Below are positions 27,196-41,760 of a stretch of 64,000 nucleotides of DNA, piece after piece. Below the pieces are notes generated by a model, which made no database searches, had not been told where the DNA came from, and was given only the letters and a program-made list of their open reading frames with translations. Position numbers and translations under genes: made by a program. The stretch comes from Schmidtea polychroa. Lineage: Eukaryota. The stretch is from positions 38,318,001 through 38,382,000 of the forward strand of contig CM097885.1 of assembly GCA_044892525.1 (NCBI GenBank), written 5' to 3'. How positions within the stretch are numbered: the stretch's first letter is position 1; every line of letters starts with the position of its first letter.

Positions 27196-29213
27196 TATAC
27201 GGCATACATTAAGTTAATTTAATTTTATTAATTTAAAATTTGATATCCACACAGTATTTAGAGGTAAAAATTAATATAGCACAATTATAGTTATATATTT
27301 ATTATATGTTATGGGGTAGTTAAGATTATTTAATATACATGCCTAGAACTAAAGTTTTCATATTATTTCAATCAAATAACATTCAAATCAAAAACAACAT
27401 CAGTAAAATAGAAATTATTAAACAAAAAAATAGGATAATTTTAATATTTTTCCTTTACATTCAGCCTTTATATTGTTCATGACAATAATCATCCATCCAT
27501 TTACCTTCCATTTTAATATATGTGGATTACTCTTTTCATTATGGGACAGTTTTCTTTTGGTGATTTATGTTTCCACGGATATTATTCAATTATTCATTTG
27601 CTAGCATAAAATTTGGTTCATTTTAAAGTAAATTAAAAAAAAACGATTTAATAAACTTTTTTGTTTAAAAATGTGTATTTTTGTTACAGCATTTATTCGT
27701 GTTTATTCTTCATCTATTCACCACAATAATTGAAACTTGTTGAAACAAGTTCACGTGGTCCTCAAAATAGTAATTTAGTTCAAATGTATGTGGACGTCCT
27801 AGTTGAGGTATAATAATAATATACAGTGTGGATAAATAAGTAAATTTGCGTTTCAAACAATTCTCACAGCAAAATAATTGTATTCAAAATATATACTATT
27901 TAATTAACTGGACGAATTATGAAATGGATTTGAATAAGTTAATAGCCTACAAATCTCTCTCATCCGAAAAATAAATATTTTTAATAAGTCTTGAAAAAAT
28001 AGATTTAAAAAAACTATAAATAAATAAAATAAAGTTTTAAAGTGATATTCAATGCGATTTCCAATGGTAGAGCAATTTCGAGTTGATTTGGCTCTCATCG
28101 GTACCAAATAAGCAACTTTTTTTTATTCAGTTAGTCGTCCGAAAACCAAAAGAAACCATATAAATAAATAGTTTTAAAAAGGAACCAACTTGAAATATTT
28201 TCCTTTTCTCATTCTATCATTGATAAGAAGTGTTTATTATATTTAAAATTTAATAACAATAATATCTGTCAGGTTTTGGCTTACCCAAATGGATGTCAGT
28301 TAAAAATTGAAATTATAAAAACTAAAAAATACACTTGACATTCTTTTTTGAAAAATCTAAATACAAATAATTGTCAATATTACATATGAGTACCATATCA
28401 TTTCCATTTCCTTTTTAGCAGCAGCATTCAATTACTTTTCAAAGAGCAGTGTCACGCAAAAATTTCCAAAAAACGCTTTTAGCTTGTCAACAACAAGTCA
28501 TGCATTATATTTTAGAACTGCTTTCTAATTTTCAAATTTCTGACTGACGTGGTAAAATATCAAATCAAATCAAAACAATAGAGAACTAGAAACGGATTGA
28601 AATTGAAAAACAAATTTATTGAATTATTTTCTTATTAAAATAAAAATTACTATTTTTTTAGTTGAAATTTTCGTTTTTTAGCAATTTCTAAAGATCAATG
28701 AGAATTTCTAGAGAATAAACTCATTGAGTTGAATGGGTAATAATCATAAATTTGTGATTGTTGTATTAAATCTAAAAAGATTTAACAAAGATATATTTGC
28801 CTTTTAAAAACACAAAGGGAATTTTTATAAGTTTACTTTCTGAAACCAACTGTTCCATGTGACCAATTAAAGGGTAAAAAATGTATCAAAACATCCTGTA
28901 CTATTATTGTTACTTTTTGATTACATTTTCCTAACAGACACATCAATGAGAAAAAATGAAAATTCCGATTGAATTGAATATTAACAGGAAAACCTATCCA
29001 TAATTCTCCTAACAATATTTTTTTTGATAAATCCAATATTTTAAAATTTACTATAACAACCAATTATAAAAATTTGATAACATTTACAAAAAGATATCTA
29101 AGCGAGTAGCACATTTTGCTGTCAAGTCAAATGAAAAAAAGAAATCTCAGTTTACTTTCAACCAAAATTAAAAAATTATTTAAATAAAATTTATTTTAAT
29201 AACAATAATAATA

Positions 29214-29366
29214 TTAAAACAATAAAATGATAATTTAAGCCTTTTGCTGCAAATAATGTATTTAATGAAAATATTTTCGACTATAAGGACTATCTTATAG
29301 TCGAAAATTTTTTCATTAAATACATTATTTGCAGCAAAAGGCTTAAATTATCATTTTATTGTTTTA
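29214..29366. repeat. Fold-back palindrome (~74-nt arms), same family as 45672-46258
   Basis: ttaaaacaataaaatgataatttaagccttttgctgcaaataat..cgactataag and its reverse complement surround a ~6-nt loop. Confidence 0.92.
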
Positions 29367-32300
29367 AATAATAAATGCTGCTACCAAGAAATCATCATTT
29401 AATAATAATAATATTAATAATAATATAAAATAAAAGCTTTCAATTATTTTTATATTTTTGATATTCTAAAATATACCGTTCCATTGTGAAATACAGAAAG
29501 CGCAATATTCCACATGGGCCAGAATATTTTCATTAACAATCGCCGACTTTCCTACTGTATTTTAATATTAATTTAATTTTTAATATTAGTTGCTTCAATG
29601 ACTCTTGTGTTCTTGCAAGAGACTCTTTCTTAATTTATATTTTGTCCTTCAATAAAAATAGAGTCAAGTCTAATTTCTATTATTAATTACATTAACTGAC
29701 CGATAGTCTTTCTCTTATCAGTATCGCTATTTTTTGATTATACTAACTGATTTATTATTGAAAATGTTGTCTTCTTCAATTAAAACAAATATTTAATGAT
29801 GATGTCAAGAGAGAAAAATTTTCAAAAAAATCTTAAAATAATTTAATATTTGTGTTGATATCAACAAAATTTTAATTTTATGTTACAGAGGTAATAAAAG
29901 ATGACTAAGTTTTTAATTTGTTGTCTGGATAGTTTTACTGTCATACCTAAATTTTCGGTCGTTCACGGCAAAACGTATCTTTAGTGAAAAAATGATGTTG
30001 CTGGTGTCTTTTCAAAAATTTTAACATATTATTTACCTTTTATTACAAAATAACAAATAAATATCAGCCTGGTTGAATGAAAGAATCATCTTGATATGTT
30101 TTGTTATTTATGTAGCAATTTTACAACGATAATGTAACAAAAAAGTATTGAAACAGGCGTGAAAATAATAAACCAGCTATACGTTGGTGTCCGCAAAGGT
30201 GACCAAGATAAATTATGAACATCTCATTCGATCTGTTTAGTTTGTTCAGACATGTTAGACGATAGAAAGGGCAAAAAGAAAGTTTTTTGTGTCGTGAGAA
30301 AATAAAATGGTTTTCTACAAAGAACAAATACTAGATTGCTTATCCAAATGTGAATTCATCAAATAAATCAGTACAATATACTGAAGTTTTGTCAAATATA
30401 TTTCATTCAGATAATAAACTGGATTCTATGTTAGATGATATAGATAACCATGAAGATAAAAAACAGTTTGCAGGTGAAACTTCTATTTTATTTCTTTTAA
30501 TTTTTTTGTCTATAAATGAATAACTTTGGATTGCAATATCTGTTTTCTAATGTTTAATCTGAATATGCTAATTATTCAAAAGTTTCCCCAATTTTATCTT
30601 TGTGACTATTCATATTAATTTTTATAGAATCTAACATATTATCAGGAGGAATTGTAATTAGTAAAACTTCATTATATTGTACTTGGGAAAGAAATTTAAA
30701 AGAAAAGCTGAGCTTCTCGTTTTAAAATTAACAAAGAAATTGCTTGTAAAAAATCTTTGTGTCAGTGTTCCTACTGAAAGAAGACATTAAATTGAATAAC
30801 AATCAAAATTTGTTTAAATAAAGAAGACATTTTTTTACAGTTTTTTCAATAACAAACTTTTAATTCTGGAACAAACAATCACTATTTCTATGATCATCAA
30901 AAATTCAATCTACAAAAACTTCGGGTACGAAACAGATCGTGACTCATTATATACCAACAAATGATTTGGAATGTTCATCATCATCGAGTTAATCTATTCA
31001 ATTTTCTCATCATTGAATCATGTATACTTTGCAGACTATTTACAGAAGTTAATCAAGTCGCTGCAAAAGCAGATTAAATTTCGGTTCTATCAAATTAACC
31101 TCAAGGCATCTACAGATTCATTTAACACATGCTTTGAAATGTTCCTCATCATCAGGCTAATTTGCTGGATTGTCAACCAACCCGGTATACTTCTCAATGC
31201 ATCCACATAAGTTAATCAACTCACTGTTCAAACCAATATCAGTTCTGTCTAGTTCACTGATGTTGAATGTGATAAAAATTTTAGCGTTTATAACCACTGA
31301 CCACCAAGATACTATCTGTACATTGCTTTATTGTGGGGATTTTATCATAATTCGATGTTCCTGCAGTTATCGTTTTCATTAACGGTTATTTGGTTTATTA
31401 CATAATAAAAATTTACATTTTACAAAATATTCAGGTAAAAAGAAATAAGTTAAAATATATAATTAAAAGATGTACTTTTGATCTCGTTTTGCTTTCATTT
31501 AGCCAATTTCTATCAAGTGCAGACTATTTATAATTTTGAACACAGAACAATTTAAAGATTTGAATACGGAAGGGCGATTTTCAAATATATATTTTAATAT
31601 GACATTTCCTCAATAACCTTATTTAAAATATCAAAGTTGTTATATAGAAATATAAAGTTCAATTCTTTATAATGTATAAGGGTCAGCTATTCGACTTATA
31701 GTACTGATATAAAATGACATGGATTATAGATGTAGAGAATAGAATTTATAAGCCATTATTAATTGAACAAATTGTTATAATAATATTAATTAAGAGTCAA
31801 AGAGGAAAAAATAATTTTGTATTCACTATTACTTATTTTCATAATACTATGTTAATTTCTACTTTCATTGAAAAGCAATTTGAGTCGGCTCAACAAGTTC
31901 TTTCTCTTTATTCAACTTCATCAGAAAAAAATCATCAAAATCAAATTTGGTTTTCTTTAACAATTAAAATATATTTAAACAATGTCAAATATTCAAAAAT
32001 ATTCCTCAAAAATTATAAACTTTGAACCTTTACAAAATCCAGAATTTTAAATGTATTTAATAAATAAAATTTAAAATTTGTTTTATTGGAAAGCAAGTAT
32101 CGATTTTTTGAAATATATAATAGACAGGATTAAAAAAACAATATTTAGGCAAAATCAAAAAACTACTTTTACCTTGTAAATCGAAATTAATAAACCGAAA
32201 AATAATTCAATTTGATAACTATGTCCTACAGTGTAGCCTCCTCAATGTATTAATTCTAACGATAATATTAAAACCTACAGTGAGCATGGGATTTGAATTG

Positions 32301-32951
32301 AGATATCCTTTCGCAAGGAATGCGGCGGTGTGAGTTGGTGTGTGAGTGTTCTGATTGGAGTAAATTGTAAAAGCATGTATGTATGAATACATGAATGTGT
32401 GCACGATATGATGTAAGTTAAAATTTAATGTTATTGATCAAATAATTTAAAAATAAATAAATCGACACCATATGAATTTTTATTTCCAAACGAAGGAAAT
32501 TGACAAGGAATTAACATTAGTTCTTTTGAACCTTTCTGGTGTATTCAAAACATAGCCATTGATACTGAGTTTCAAGAATTTCAACATTAAAAATAATAGA
32601 TAAACCAAAACTGCCAAGTGATGGAAATCACAGTTTCTCCTACATGTTTAGAAGCTAATTCGTTTTATACTTTTATTTCGATGGACATGTATTGTAATTA
32701 TTCCTCCCTACACCTCAATTTGGAAACCATTGTTCGACACATCAAACCAATTTGAAAAGTAAATTTGTAGATAATTACGATTGAACAGAAATTTGTTTGT
32801 TTTTCTTTAAATGTTTTTACTATTATAGACAAATGTTATAAATTGATAAAGTTATCATTAAAATTAATATAGCTCTGTTGAATGGAGAAATTGTCAACTA
32901 ATACCAATAAAAATACAATTTCGTTTATCTTTTAATTTTATGAAGATTTAA

Positions 32952-35738
32952 TTAAGAACTTACTTCGACATTTTGAGAAACTTGGGATCCATTAGAACTC
33001 TCAATGATATTGTATGTGTTAGAGGATGGAAGGGACAAATGGTAGTCCATTCTTGAAGCCGGTCTTGAATTGTTGATAACTTGCATTGTCACCTGATCGG
33101 AATGTGGACTAGAACAATAGGAAGGTGGTAAAAAGACAAAGCTCTCATTATCAGGTGGCATTGGATTTTCTTCTGTGTGATAATTCCAATGTTTAGGATT
33201 ACAATATGGATTTCCACTGTCATTTTTGACACCCGAAGAAGGGGGAATATATTTTTGAAATCTTGGCTGGCGTCGAACACAGATAATTGCAACAATCAAA
33301 AATACAGATATTGACACAGTGATAGCGATCATTCCGATGATTATTGTTAGATTAATATTAGAAAATCTTCCATTATCTTGAACAATAATTGTAATAGATG
33401 CATCATTGGATAACGGCGGAACTCCGTTATCTCTAGCTGTAAATTTCAGGACATAAGTTCCGAGTTTAAGAGGACTGACAAGTGTTATTAATTCTCCTGT
33501 TGTTTCGTTCAATCCAAACATATTATCACCATTCGTTTGAAGGTAATACGACACCCGCCCAGCATCATTCTCATCTTGATCAATCGCCTTTAATTTCAAA
33601 ATTAACTTAAATTTCTCTGCGATATCAGATATGTTTATAGCAGGGTTTTGATAAGTAAACGGAAAATTTTGTCGTGGGAAATTATTCGGACGAGGATAAA
33701 TCCATTCAGGGTGATTGTCATTCAAATCTCTAACGTAAATCGTTGCATTAGCGAATGCAAAACGACTCGGAATACCATTGTCATACGCTTTGACAGTTAT
33801 TGTCCAATTCGGATATTTTTCCCGATCCAAAACGACTAGAGTTTCAATTTCCCCAGTTGTGGGCTTGATCTGAAAAACTGGTTTGATGTGTCTCATCAGT
33901 TTATGATCGTACAAATTCATGAATTCATATTTGACAAAATTATTGTTCTGATCACAGTCTCGATCTGTAGCATTCAATTTTCCTTCGAGTTTGGTTTTGA
34001 TTTTCACATTTTCCTGGACAAAAAATTGCAAACTACTCAACAGAAAAATCGGGGCGTTGTCGTTGACATCGAGAATTTCGATTTTCACTAAGACATTGGC
34101 GGTTTTTGGGTTGGTTTTGTCGTCAATAACATTGACTTCGAATTGGTTCATTGATGTCACTTCTCGGTCAAATGGGATAAACGAGGTTGAAATGAGTCCA
34201 GTTTTATTATCAATGGAAAAGTGTTTCAATACTTTCCGGTCGATTGAATAGATCAATTCTGCGGATTTGTCTTTATCTGTTGCTCGTACCTGGAGTACCG
34301 AGGAACCGGGAGGAGCGTTTTCTCGCAATGAGCCTAAGTATTCATTATTTTGGAAAACCGGCGGATATTCATTGACGTCTTCGATTTGAATCTCAATCGT
34401 TCGATATTCCTTCAGAGATGGTTTTCCATGATCCTGACATTCGAATAAAGTTTTAATTAGGTCTTCTTTCTCATAATCGTACGGATGCGTACTCCACAAT
34501 TCGTAAAATCCTCTTCCGAGATCTTTTAATTCCAATGAATGAAGATCTTCTTTCAATTCACAACTCACCCGTCCATTTTCATTCAGATCTCGATCATTGA
34601 CAGATAAACCGATCAATTTTTGAGACGGTTCATTTTCCTTGATTTTAATCGTCAAAAATGAGCTCCTTTCCACAACATTGCCCGCCAATACTTTGATTGT
34701 CGGTTTGTTGTCATTGACGTCCTCGACAGTGATTATTACGCTGGTTCGGTCTTCGACATTGCTCAATTTTGATTTCAATTTATCGATTGCAGTGATTTGA
34801 AACTTGAAAACCGAGATCCCATTTGACAAATCGAGTTGAGATTTGAGAATTATGCTGCCAGTGTCGGGAAAGATTTTGAAATATCGACTGATTAAATGCC
34901 GGTTTTCTTTTGAGACAATTTTGTATGTGGTTTTATTGAATTTCGGTCCATCATTATCAATGGCTTCCACTCTCAAAATCTCTTTGCCTATTGGGAAACT
35001 TTCTACGATTGTTTTTTCATAGCTTTCTTTATTGAATTTTGGATTGTTGTCATTCTCATCATCAATATGGATAACGATTTGACACTGGGTCAAACAACCT
35101 CTGCTATCTTCGCAAGCTTGCAAAGTTCCGGTGTAGAGATTTTGTTTTTCATAATCGATAGGTTTTTGTAAAACTAATTTCAAGTCTTCGAGATTCGAAT
35201 AGTCTATGTTAAAAGTTTTTGTGCTCTCTTCAAATTTGTAGTTTTTAACTCGATTTTTCGTTGAAAAATCTCTATCAGTAGCACCTTCAATTTTTATTAT
35301 TGAATTTAAGTCAGAATTTTCTGGAATACTAACAATCTGTTTATTCAATTTAAAATAGGGCGCATTGTCATTGAGATCTTTAATTTCAATTGATATCTTG
35401 AATGAATTTTTAGAATATTGTCCAAGCATTACTTCAAAGGTAATGAAACATAGATCTTCTCCACAACAAAGGCCATCATCGCATAGTTTTTCCAGATCAA
35501 TTACTTCTTTCACGACAACATTGTTATTAGTTATTGAAAAGTATTTATTATCATAAGTGATTGAGTAATCAGAACTGGGATAAAAATTGTTCGACACAAA
35601 ACTTTGAATATTACCTATAACAGAATTAATTGGAGTTTCTTCATTTATGCTTAAGTTGAAAATTTGATTAGCATGACAATTGAAAATGAAAATTGATATT
35701 GGTATAAAAAATAATTTCTTCAGAAATATTGAAACCAT
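32952..35738 (-). CDS. Protocadherin (7 extracellular cadherin repeats, delta1-like architecture), large first coding exon
   Basis: Signal peptide, Cys-rich EC1, repeated PEN/DRE/DxNDNxP/AxDxD motifs giving 7 EC domains, TM segment IIIGMIAITVSISVFLIVAIICV, then a cytoplasmic tail. The ORF end reads GAA|GTAAGT (donor at 32963), so the true exon probably ends at 32964 and further exons lie at lower coordinates. Confidence 0.95.
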   Translation of the reverse strand: MVSIFLKKLFFIPISIFIFNCHANQIFNLSINEETPINSVIGNIQSFVSNNFYPSSDYSITYDNKYFSITNNNVVVKEVIDLEKLCDDGLCCGEDLCFITFEVMLGQYSKNSFKISIEIKDLNDNAPYFKLNKQIVSIPENSDLNSIIKIEGATDRDFSTKNRVKNYKFEESTKTFNIDYSNLEDLKLVLQKPIDYEKQNLYTGTLQACEDSRGCLTQCQIVIHIDDENDNNPKFNKESYEKTIVESFPIGKEILRVEAIDNDGPKFNKTTYKIVSKENRHLISRYFKIFPDTGSIILKSQLDLSNGISVFKFQITAIDKLKSKLSNVEDRTSVIITVEDVNDNKPTIKVLAGNVVERSSFLTIKIKENEPSQKLIGLSVNDRDLNENGRVSCELKEDLHSLELKDLGRGFYELWSTHPYDYEKEDLIKTLFECQDHGKPSLKEYRTIEIQIEDVNEYPPVFQNNEYLGSLRENAPPGSSVLQVRATDKDKSAELIYSIDRKVLKHFSIDNKTGLISTSFIPFDREVTSMNQFEVNVIDDKTNPKTANVLVKIEILDVNDNAPIFLLSSLQFFVQENVKIKTKLEGKLNATDRDCDQNNNFVKYEFMNLYDHKLMRHIKPVFQIKPTTGEIETLVVLDREKYPNWTITVKAYDNGIPSRFAFANATIYVRDLNDNHPEWIYPRPNNFPRQNFPFTYQNPAINISDIAEKFKLILKLKAIDQDENDAGRVSYYLQTNGDNMFGLNETTGELITLVSPLKLGTYVLKFTARDNGVPPLSNDASITIIVQDNGRFSNINLTIIIGMIAITVSISVFLIVAIICVRRQPRFQKYIPPSSGVKNDSGNPYCNPKHWNYHTEENPMPPDNESFVFLPPSYCSSPHSDQVTMQVINNSRPASRMDYHLSLPSSNTYNIIESSNGSQVSQNVEVSS

Positions 35739-38700
35739 TATCTAAAATTAATAATTTTACATTAAACACAAATAATTTACATTAAAATATCATTGATTTA
35801 TCGTTAGAAATAACGTGCCTTAAAAGTTTATAAATATAAACGTACATAGTAGCAAATATGATAACCAATGATTGCTTTATAATTGGACCAATCAGATTGA
35901 CTTATATAGCAAATGAATTAAAGTATTTAGACAGAATTAGAATTGGTAAATAATTTATTTATGATTAATTAATTCAAATAATGACATAAATACAATTGTA
36001 ATTATAATAATTTAACAATTGACTTAATTCTAATTATTCAGTGGATGTCACGTGACTCAACCGCCATGACAAAATCTAACCTTTACTTTGTTAAGCTACA
36101 GCGGTCGAGTCTAGGGATAATAAATATACCTTTATTTAACATTGCATATAAATATTTCTGAATTTATAAATTTTATTCGTCAATATATTTTTCAAATATA
36201 ATGTATTATTGGTTTGATATAACATGTGAATAAATTCTAATTTTTTTAAATAATGATAACTAATTAATTAAACAAATCTATTTTTTTCAGTTTTATAGGA
36301 CAAGTAAATTTTAGTTTAATAAATTTTGAAGATAGCATTTACAAATTTCTATTTATTATTTTTATTACGTAATGTTATTAGGATTTTTTTAAATAAATTG
36401 CATAATTAATATACAATGCACTGTGAATATATTTTTCTGACTAAAATTTAGGAAATTTTTTATTTAATTTTTATTTATGAATTAGAAAGTGTTTTGAATA
36501 GATTAATTAATTAATTATGTTAAACATGATTTCATTAATCTCAAATTTGTTATATTTAATTTTAATTAATCTTATAATTAATGCTAACTTTGTAGTAATT
36601 TCATTTCAGACCTTTAATTCAGACCTTGTTTAGAAGATGGTTGAACAAAAACTGCTGACAGTTAATGAAGTTATTTAATTATTTTTGTAGGTGTAATCTA
36701 CATATAACAGAATGGTCAACCAAGCCACCTCTGATTTCCTACCAAGTAACAATTCCAGGAATAATTCCTTCCTTCATGAGCTTATTATACATAGTTTGCA
36801 ATGAGCTTTAATAGTTTAAAACTATAATTGATTTTGATAATGGTTAAACAATTATTAATTTATGATTTTGATTGTTAAATTTTGTTGACATGTTAATTTT
36901 TAAATCATAATTTAATTCTTGATATCTAGTTGTACATAAATATTTACAATTTTAAACAAATACACTTTTTAATTTATAATTATTAAGTTACAAACTTTTC
37001 TTTTCAAATTTCACCACTGATTTCTTTTCGATTGTATTTATTAAAAAGCTACGAAAATTTAATAAAGGGGTATAATTATGTGTTATAATAAACTGAGATA
37101 CCGGTTTTCTTCGAAAATAAGATTATATGTTCTTTTAAGGTTTTGTCTACTTTTTGTACGTATTATAAGCTAATTATCGGTATATTATCGGTTTTCTTCG
37201 AAATTAAAATCGTTCTTATTTTCAAATTTATATATATAAATAAAACAACAAAAATTTGAAAAAATTTTCAAAGAAAACCGGTAATCAACATTTAAAAATT
37301 TCCAACAAACGAAGAATTGAGAACTTAAAAAAACGAAGTTTGAAGACTGAAATATTCATCAAAAAAGAAAATCTTTTGTTTTAAAATAAATGAAATTTTA
37401 AAGAACGCTTCCCTTTATTAAGTGTTATTAAAATAAGACTGGATAAGTCCAAGAAAATTTTTAGGTTGCATTGAAAAAATGTTTTAATCTTTCATTGCAC
37501 TTTAAAATTAAATTTCTAATCTTTCATTTTATTGGGTAATTAATAATAGTTTTATTATAAATTTTAAATGACATTTATTTGAGGAATAATATATTTTTAA
37601 AATTTTCATTAAAAAAATATTGTTTACTGACATTTTAAAAAATTTGCATAATAAAACAAAGATCTTTTAAAATGAAAAATTTTCTGACACTAAAATGAGA
37701 ATCTTTGATTCAATTTACATCTAAAGACTTGTAATAAAGTAAAAAGGAAACTATCGGTCGTTTTTAGTCATGAGACATTACTTTTCATAGACGAATATGA
37801 AGAGCTATTGTTAAGCTTAAGATAAATCTTGATAGAGAACCTATCACCCACATTTCCTATGATACATCAAATGAAAGTAAGTGTAAGATTGTACTCAAAG
37901 GCATTTACTATTTAAATGAGATTAAACTTCATCATTAAGTACAATTTATCTGCAATATATGATTTATTATTGAAATTAAATTTCTTTAATACTTTTATCT
38001 TATTGATAAATTTAAAAAAAATTCAGAACGATGGCCATTGCGTGAGGGATGAAGTATGACGACTCGGGATACCCTAGAATGTGTTTAGTAAGCAATTGAC
38101 AAATCGCGTCTAAAACAGTTATTTTAGAAATAAATTTTTGGATTTTTAAAATTTATTCTTAAAATAATTTAATTAAATATTTAAATCAATATAAATGAAA
38201 ATTTGTATACACACATTTGTGTTACGGATGTCATTTTATTTTCTTAAAATTAGTGATATTATTTTCAAAATTGTAAGTGTATTTAACAATAAATGTTTTC
38301 AATAAAATCTTTTTCATCATTGAACTATTTTCATTTTGCTTCATCTGCATTTCTTCTGACTATAAAATTACAGAGAATATTTTTATATTTAATACAAATT
38401 TTCGGAGCACAAATTGTTTGTATGTGGTTAAAGATTCGTGTTAAACATGTAAACAAAATATTGATTTATTATCTAAACAAAAAGGAAGATAAAAGAAATA
38501 ATTTATTGATTTTATTCGGAAAAATTAATTAAAATGAATTAAAATAAATTAACTTAAATAATTTATTTTTTCATTATTTAAATATTTCATACAATTTATT
38601 GCAGTTGTATAAATTTTAATTGTTTACATATTTATGAATAAATTAACATTAAAATAATTAATTAGAAGTGACTACCTCCCCATTGAAATCCAAATTATTA

Positions 38701-41399
38701 TTATAAATAAGCTTCATAAAATTCGAATTCCTTCTTGCATAACATTTAAAAAAGATTCTTGTTAGGGATAGAACCTTGGTCTCAATATATTAACTAGATA
38801 TCAAAAATAATATATAATAGTTTTTGTCAATTAATGTATCTAAACTAGTAGTCGGCAAACTGAGTGCCATGACGACTTCTCAGGCGTGACGTGAAAAGTT
38901 TTTGAATATTAAAAAACTTTCGGATAGATCCACTTTATTTGGATTTATTTAAAACCTTTGAGGTCAAAAATAAAAAAATTTAGTAAGAAAATCGCATTCA
39001 TTTTGCTTTGTTATCATCTATGATTTTGTGTGGATGTTTTAACTCAATTTTTTACCGTAATTTTTCCTGTAATCACGTAAACGCGTTCACTAAAAGTAAG
39101 CCTTCATACCCATACCTGACTATTTCAGATCACAATCATAAAAAGAAACTTTCTGGAATTTGAAATTCCTCCTTAGTTGTACTTCTTAATTAACAATGAC
39201 CTTTGTTTTAATTTCTTGTTTGTTTTCTTTTATTTGATTTATCGTTCTCATTTTTCATTTATTTTTACTTCCGTTTTCTTCTCCGAGTTCCCATAGATCG
39301 TCCCGTTTGTCATGACGATTTCCCCCCCCCCCCCAGGTAATTTACTTATTTATTATATTATTTGCTATTTAGGTATTCTCAATAGTATATACGTGGAAGC
39401 TTTTAGACAGGTTGTCGACAAATGTTTAGATAACGATTACCTGGCAAATTTAGAGTTAAGAAGAACTAAATTGAAAAGAAAAACAAATAGATAAAGAAAG
39501 CCAGCGCACTAATAAAATATTCGATTTGATCAAAAAAAGATAGTGGAGAAAGGAACTATAATTAGGCTGAGGAGGTTCAATTAATGAATTAACTGTTTTG
39601 TTTTTATGAGGACCTGACAGTGGGATTTTGTAACTAATTGTTCTTATATAATAAAAGTTAATAAAATAATTTATTTTGAATGCACCTTCATCATATTTAT
39701 TTGATCATTCGGTAAAAGTCAATTATCCCTCATTGGTCTTAACATTCTACTAAATAAATAAACACAATTCTTTTGCAATATAATACAATTGTGGTGTTTA
39801 TTTTGACGCCCTAGCACATTTTTGGTTGTTTGGTTTCATAAAATGCATAGGGAAATTGGAAAATCCCTTAGAAAAATAGGAAATATAAATCATGTAATAG
39901 GAAATATAAGTAAAATTAGAGACACAAATAATTAATATCGTGAAAATAAGAATTTAATGAGTAAAAGTGAAGAGAATGAACCAGATATATATACTACTTA
40001 CAATAATTATATAAATGAAAAAGTTAATTATAGTAAGAAATTCATCCTTTCATATAAATATTTTCATCATATAAAACACAATTTAACTATTTACCGTCAC
40101 TTCTTTAATAGACTAAGGATTGATATTTTGTTTAATATTTAACAAATAAGCATTATATACACTGAAACTGTAAAAATAATTCTGTTCAATGTGTAAGTTT
40201 TGATTAAAAGAAATTTTAATCGGTCAAAACACTTGAAAATGCAACTCTGAAAATTCATGTTAAATATAAAACAAAGTATTAATCGATAAAATAAAATTTT
40301 TTAAGTTAAATATTTATGCCTTGCATTGGGAAATTTATATTTATTGGTCTATATGTGTGATGGGATCAACAAAATGGGATCAACTATGACTTTCAAAGAT
40401 TTAAATTAACATCAAATAAAATCATCAATTGTTTCACATATTCATTTCGATGAAAATTTAAATGCATAATTTTTACAAAAATGTTAAAATTTAAATTTAA
40501 ATTCAAAATTTAAATATGAAATTTATTTAGCATAAATTTAATTATTTAACAATTAAAAATTGAAGTTCAAATTTATAATTGCAAAAGAATTTTAAAAAAG
40601 AATTTAATTAAAAAAAATCAATAAAAAACATATTTGGAATTTTAAAATAAAATAAATTTTCAATTAAAAATGCTCGAATAAAAATTTTCGAATCTTTGTT
40701 GAGTAAAATTATATATTTTATTTCCATAAATTTCTTTAATTAATTTTGTTATGAAATGCACATTTATTATATTTTATTACAACCTAATAACATTTAACAT
40801 GGTAAACACTAGAAATAATCATAAGAATTATAATCCTAACTATCCAAATACACCAATTGATCATATCTTGTATTGTACAACAAATTTCACTTCAGGGTCC
40901 CATCTAATCTGGTGACAGCTCTGAGAATATTAAAGTAATAAACGGAAAAAATTGATGCTTGTATATAATTTGTCCTATATTGTTGATGTATTATAAAATC
41001 AAATATAATTTCGTAGTATGACATGAAATTAAAATGAATGTTTTGTAAAAATGTGTCCAAAAAAATGTATGAAAGAATTTTTAAAAATGGCGACGCTACA
41101 AAATATCATCTCAAAATAAGAAACTAATAATTTTATAAAATGTTTTAATACTAATAAGCAAAAATGTCTTAAATTAGGACAACATTATAGGATATAAGTT
41201 ATGAACAGTTTATGGTAACCAGAAAAAGAATAATAAGTACCCAACCGTAACTGTAAAAAATAATATTCATAGATATTGCAAATAATATATATGGTCATTA
41301 TACATTGTTGAACATCTGGAACAAAATTCGTGGCCAGCAGTGGTGGCTTACCGCCCGGAACCGTATAATCAATTTAAGGTAAGAACCTCTGGCCTACCA

Positions 41400-41760
41400 T
41401 TCGTAAACTGTGAAAAGAATGTTAAAATATTGAACGTTGTTTAGTAATTTTAGAGACGCGGCTAAAGAGTTATGTTTTAAATAGTTAAAATTTGATAAAA
41501 TTAAAAATTATACTTAAATAAAATGATAATAAAATATTCTAAAATCTTTAAATATATTTAGTTTAAATTGAACTATAATTGATTAATTAAATTAAAATTT
41601 AAGAAATATGTTTTTAAAGAATAATTAATAAAAATGTTTATAAAATCTATATTATCTATAGTTTTTCAACCCTACCTGATGATGACAGAAAAACTGTTAA
41701 AATATAATGTAAAGTGAAAATTTGAGTTGCTCGTTCTTATAATTAAATCATGGCCATGTT
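41400..41760 (+). mobile_element. Second, more decayed Penelope-like 3' end with degenerate hammerhead
   Basis: ctacCTGATGAtGACAGaaaaaCTGTTaaaatata at ~41672-41706 and the downstream ttcttataattaaatc..gccatgt align with 20246-20334. The GAAA and UC core positions are mutated. Confidence 0.65.

Noticed and set aside
29500..31400. Possible decayed reverse transcriptase on the minus strand (YQDD near 30085-30096)
   Set aside because: No other RT motifs at the expected spacing and many stops; cannot be supported by eye.
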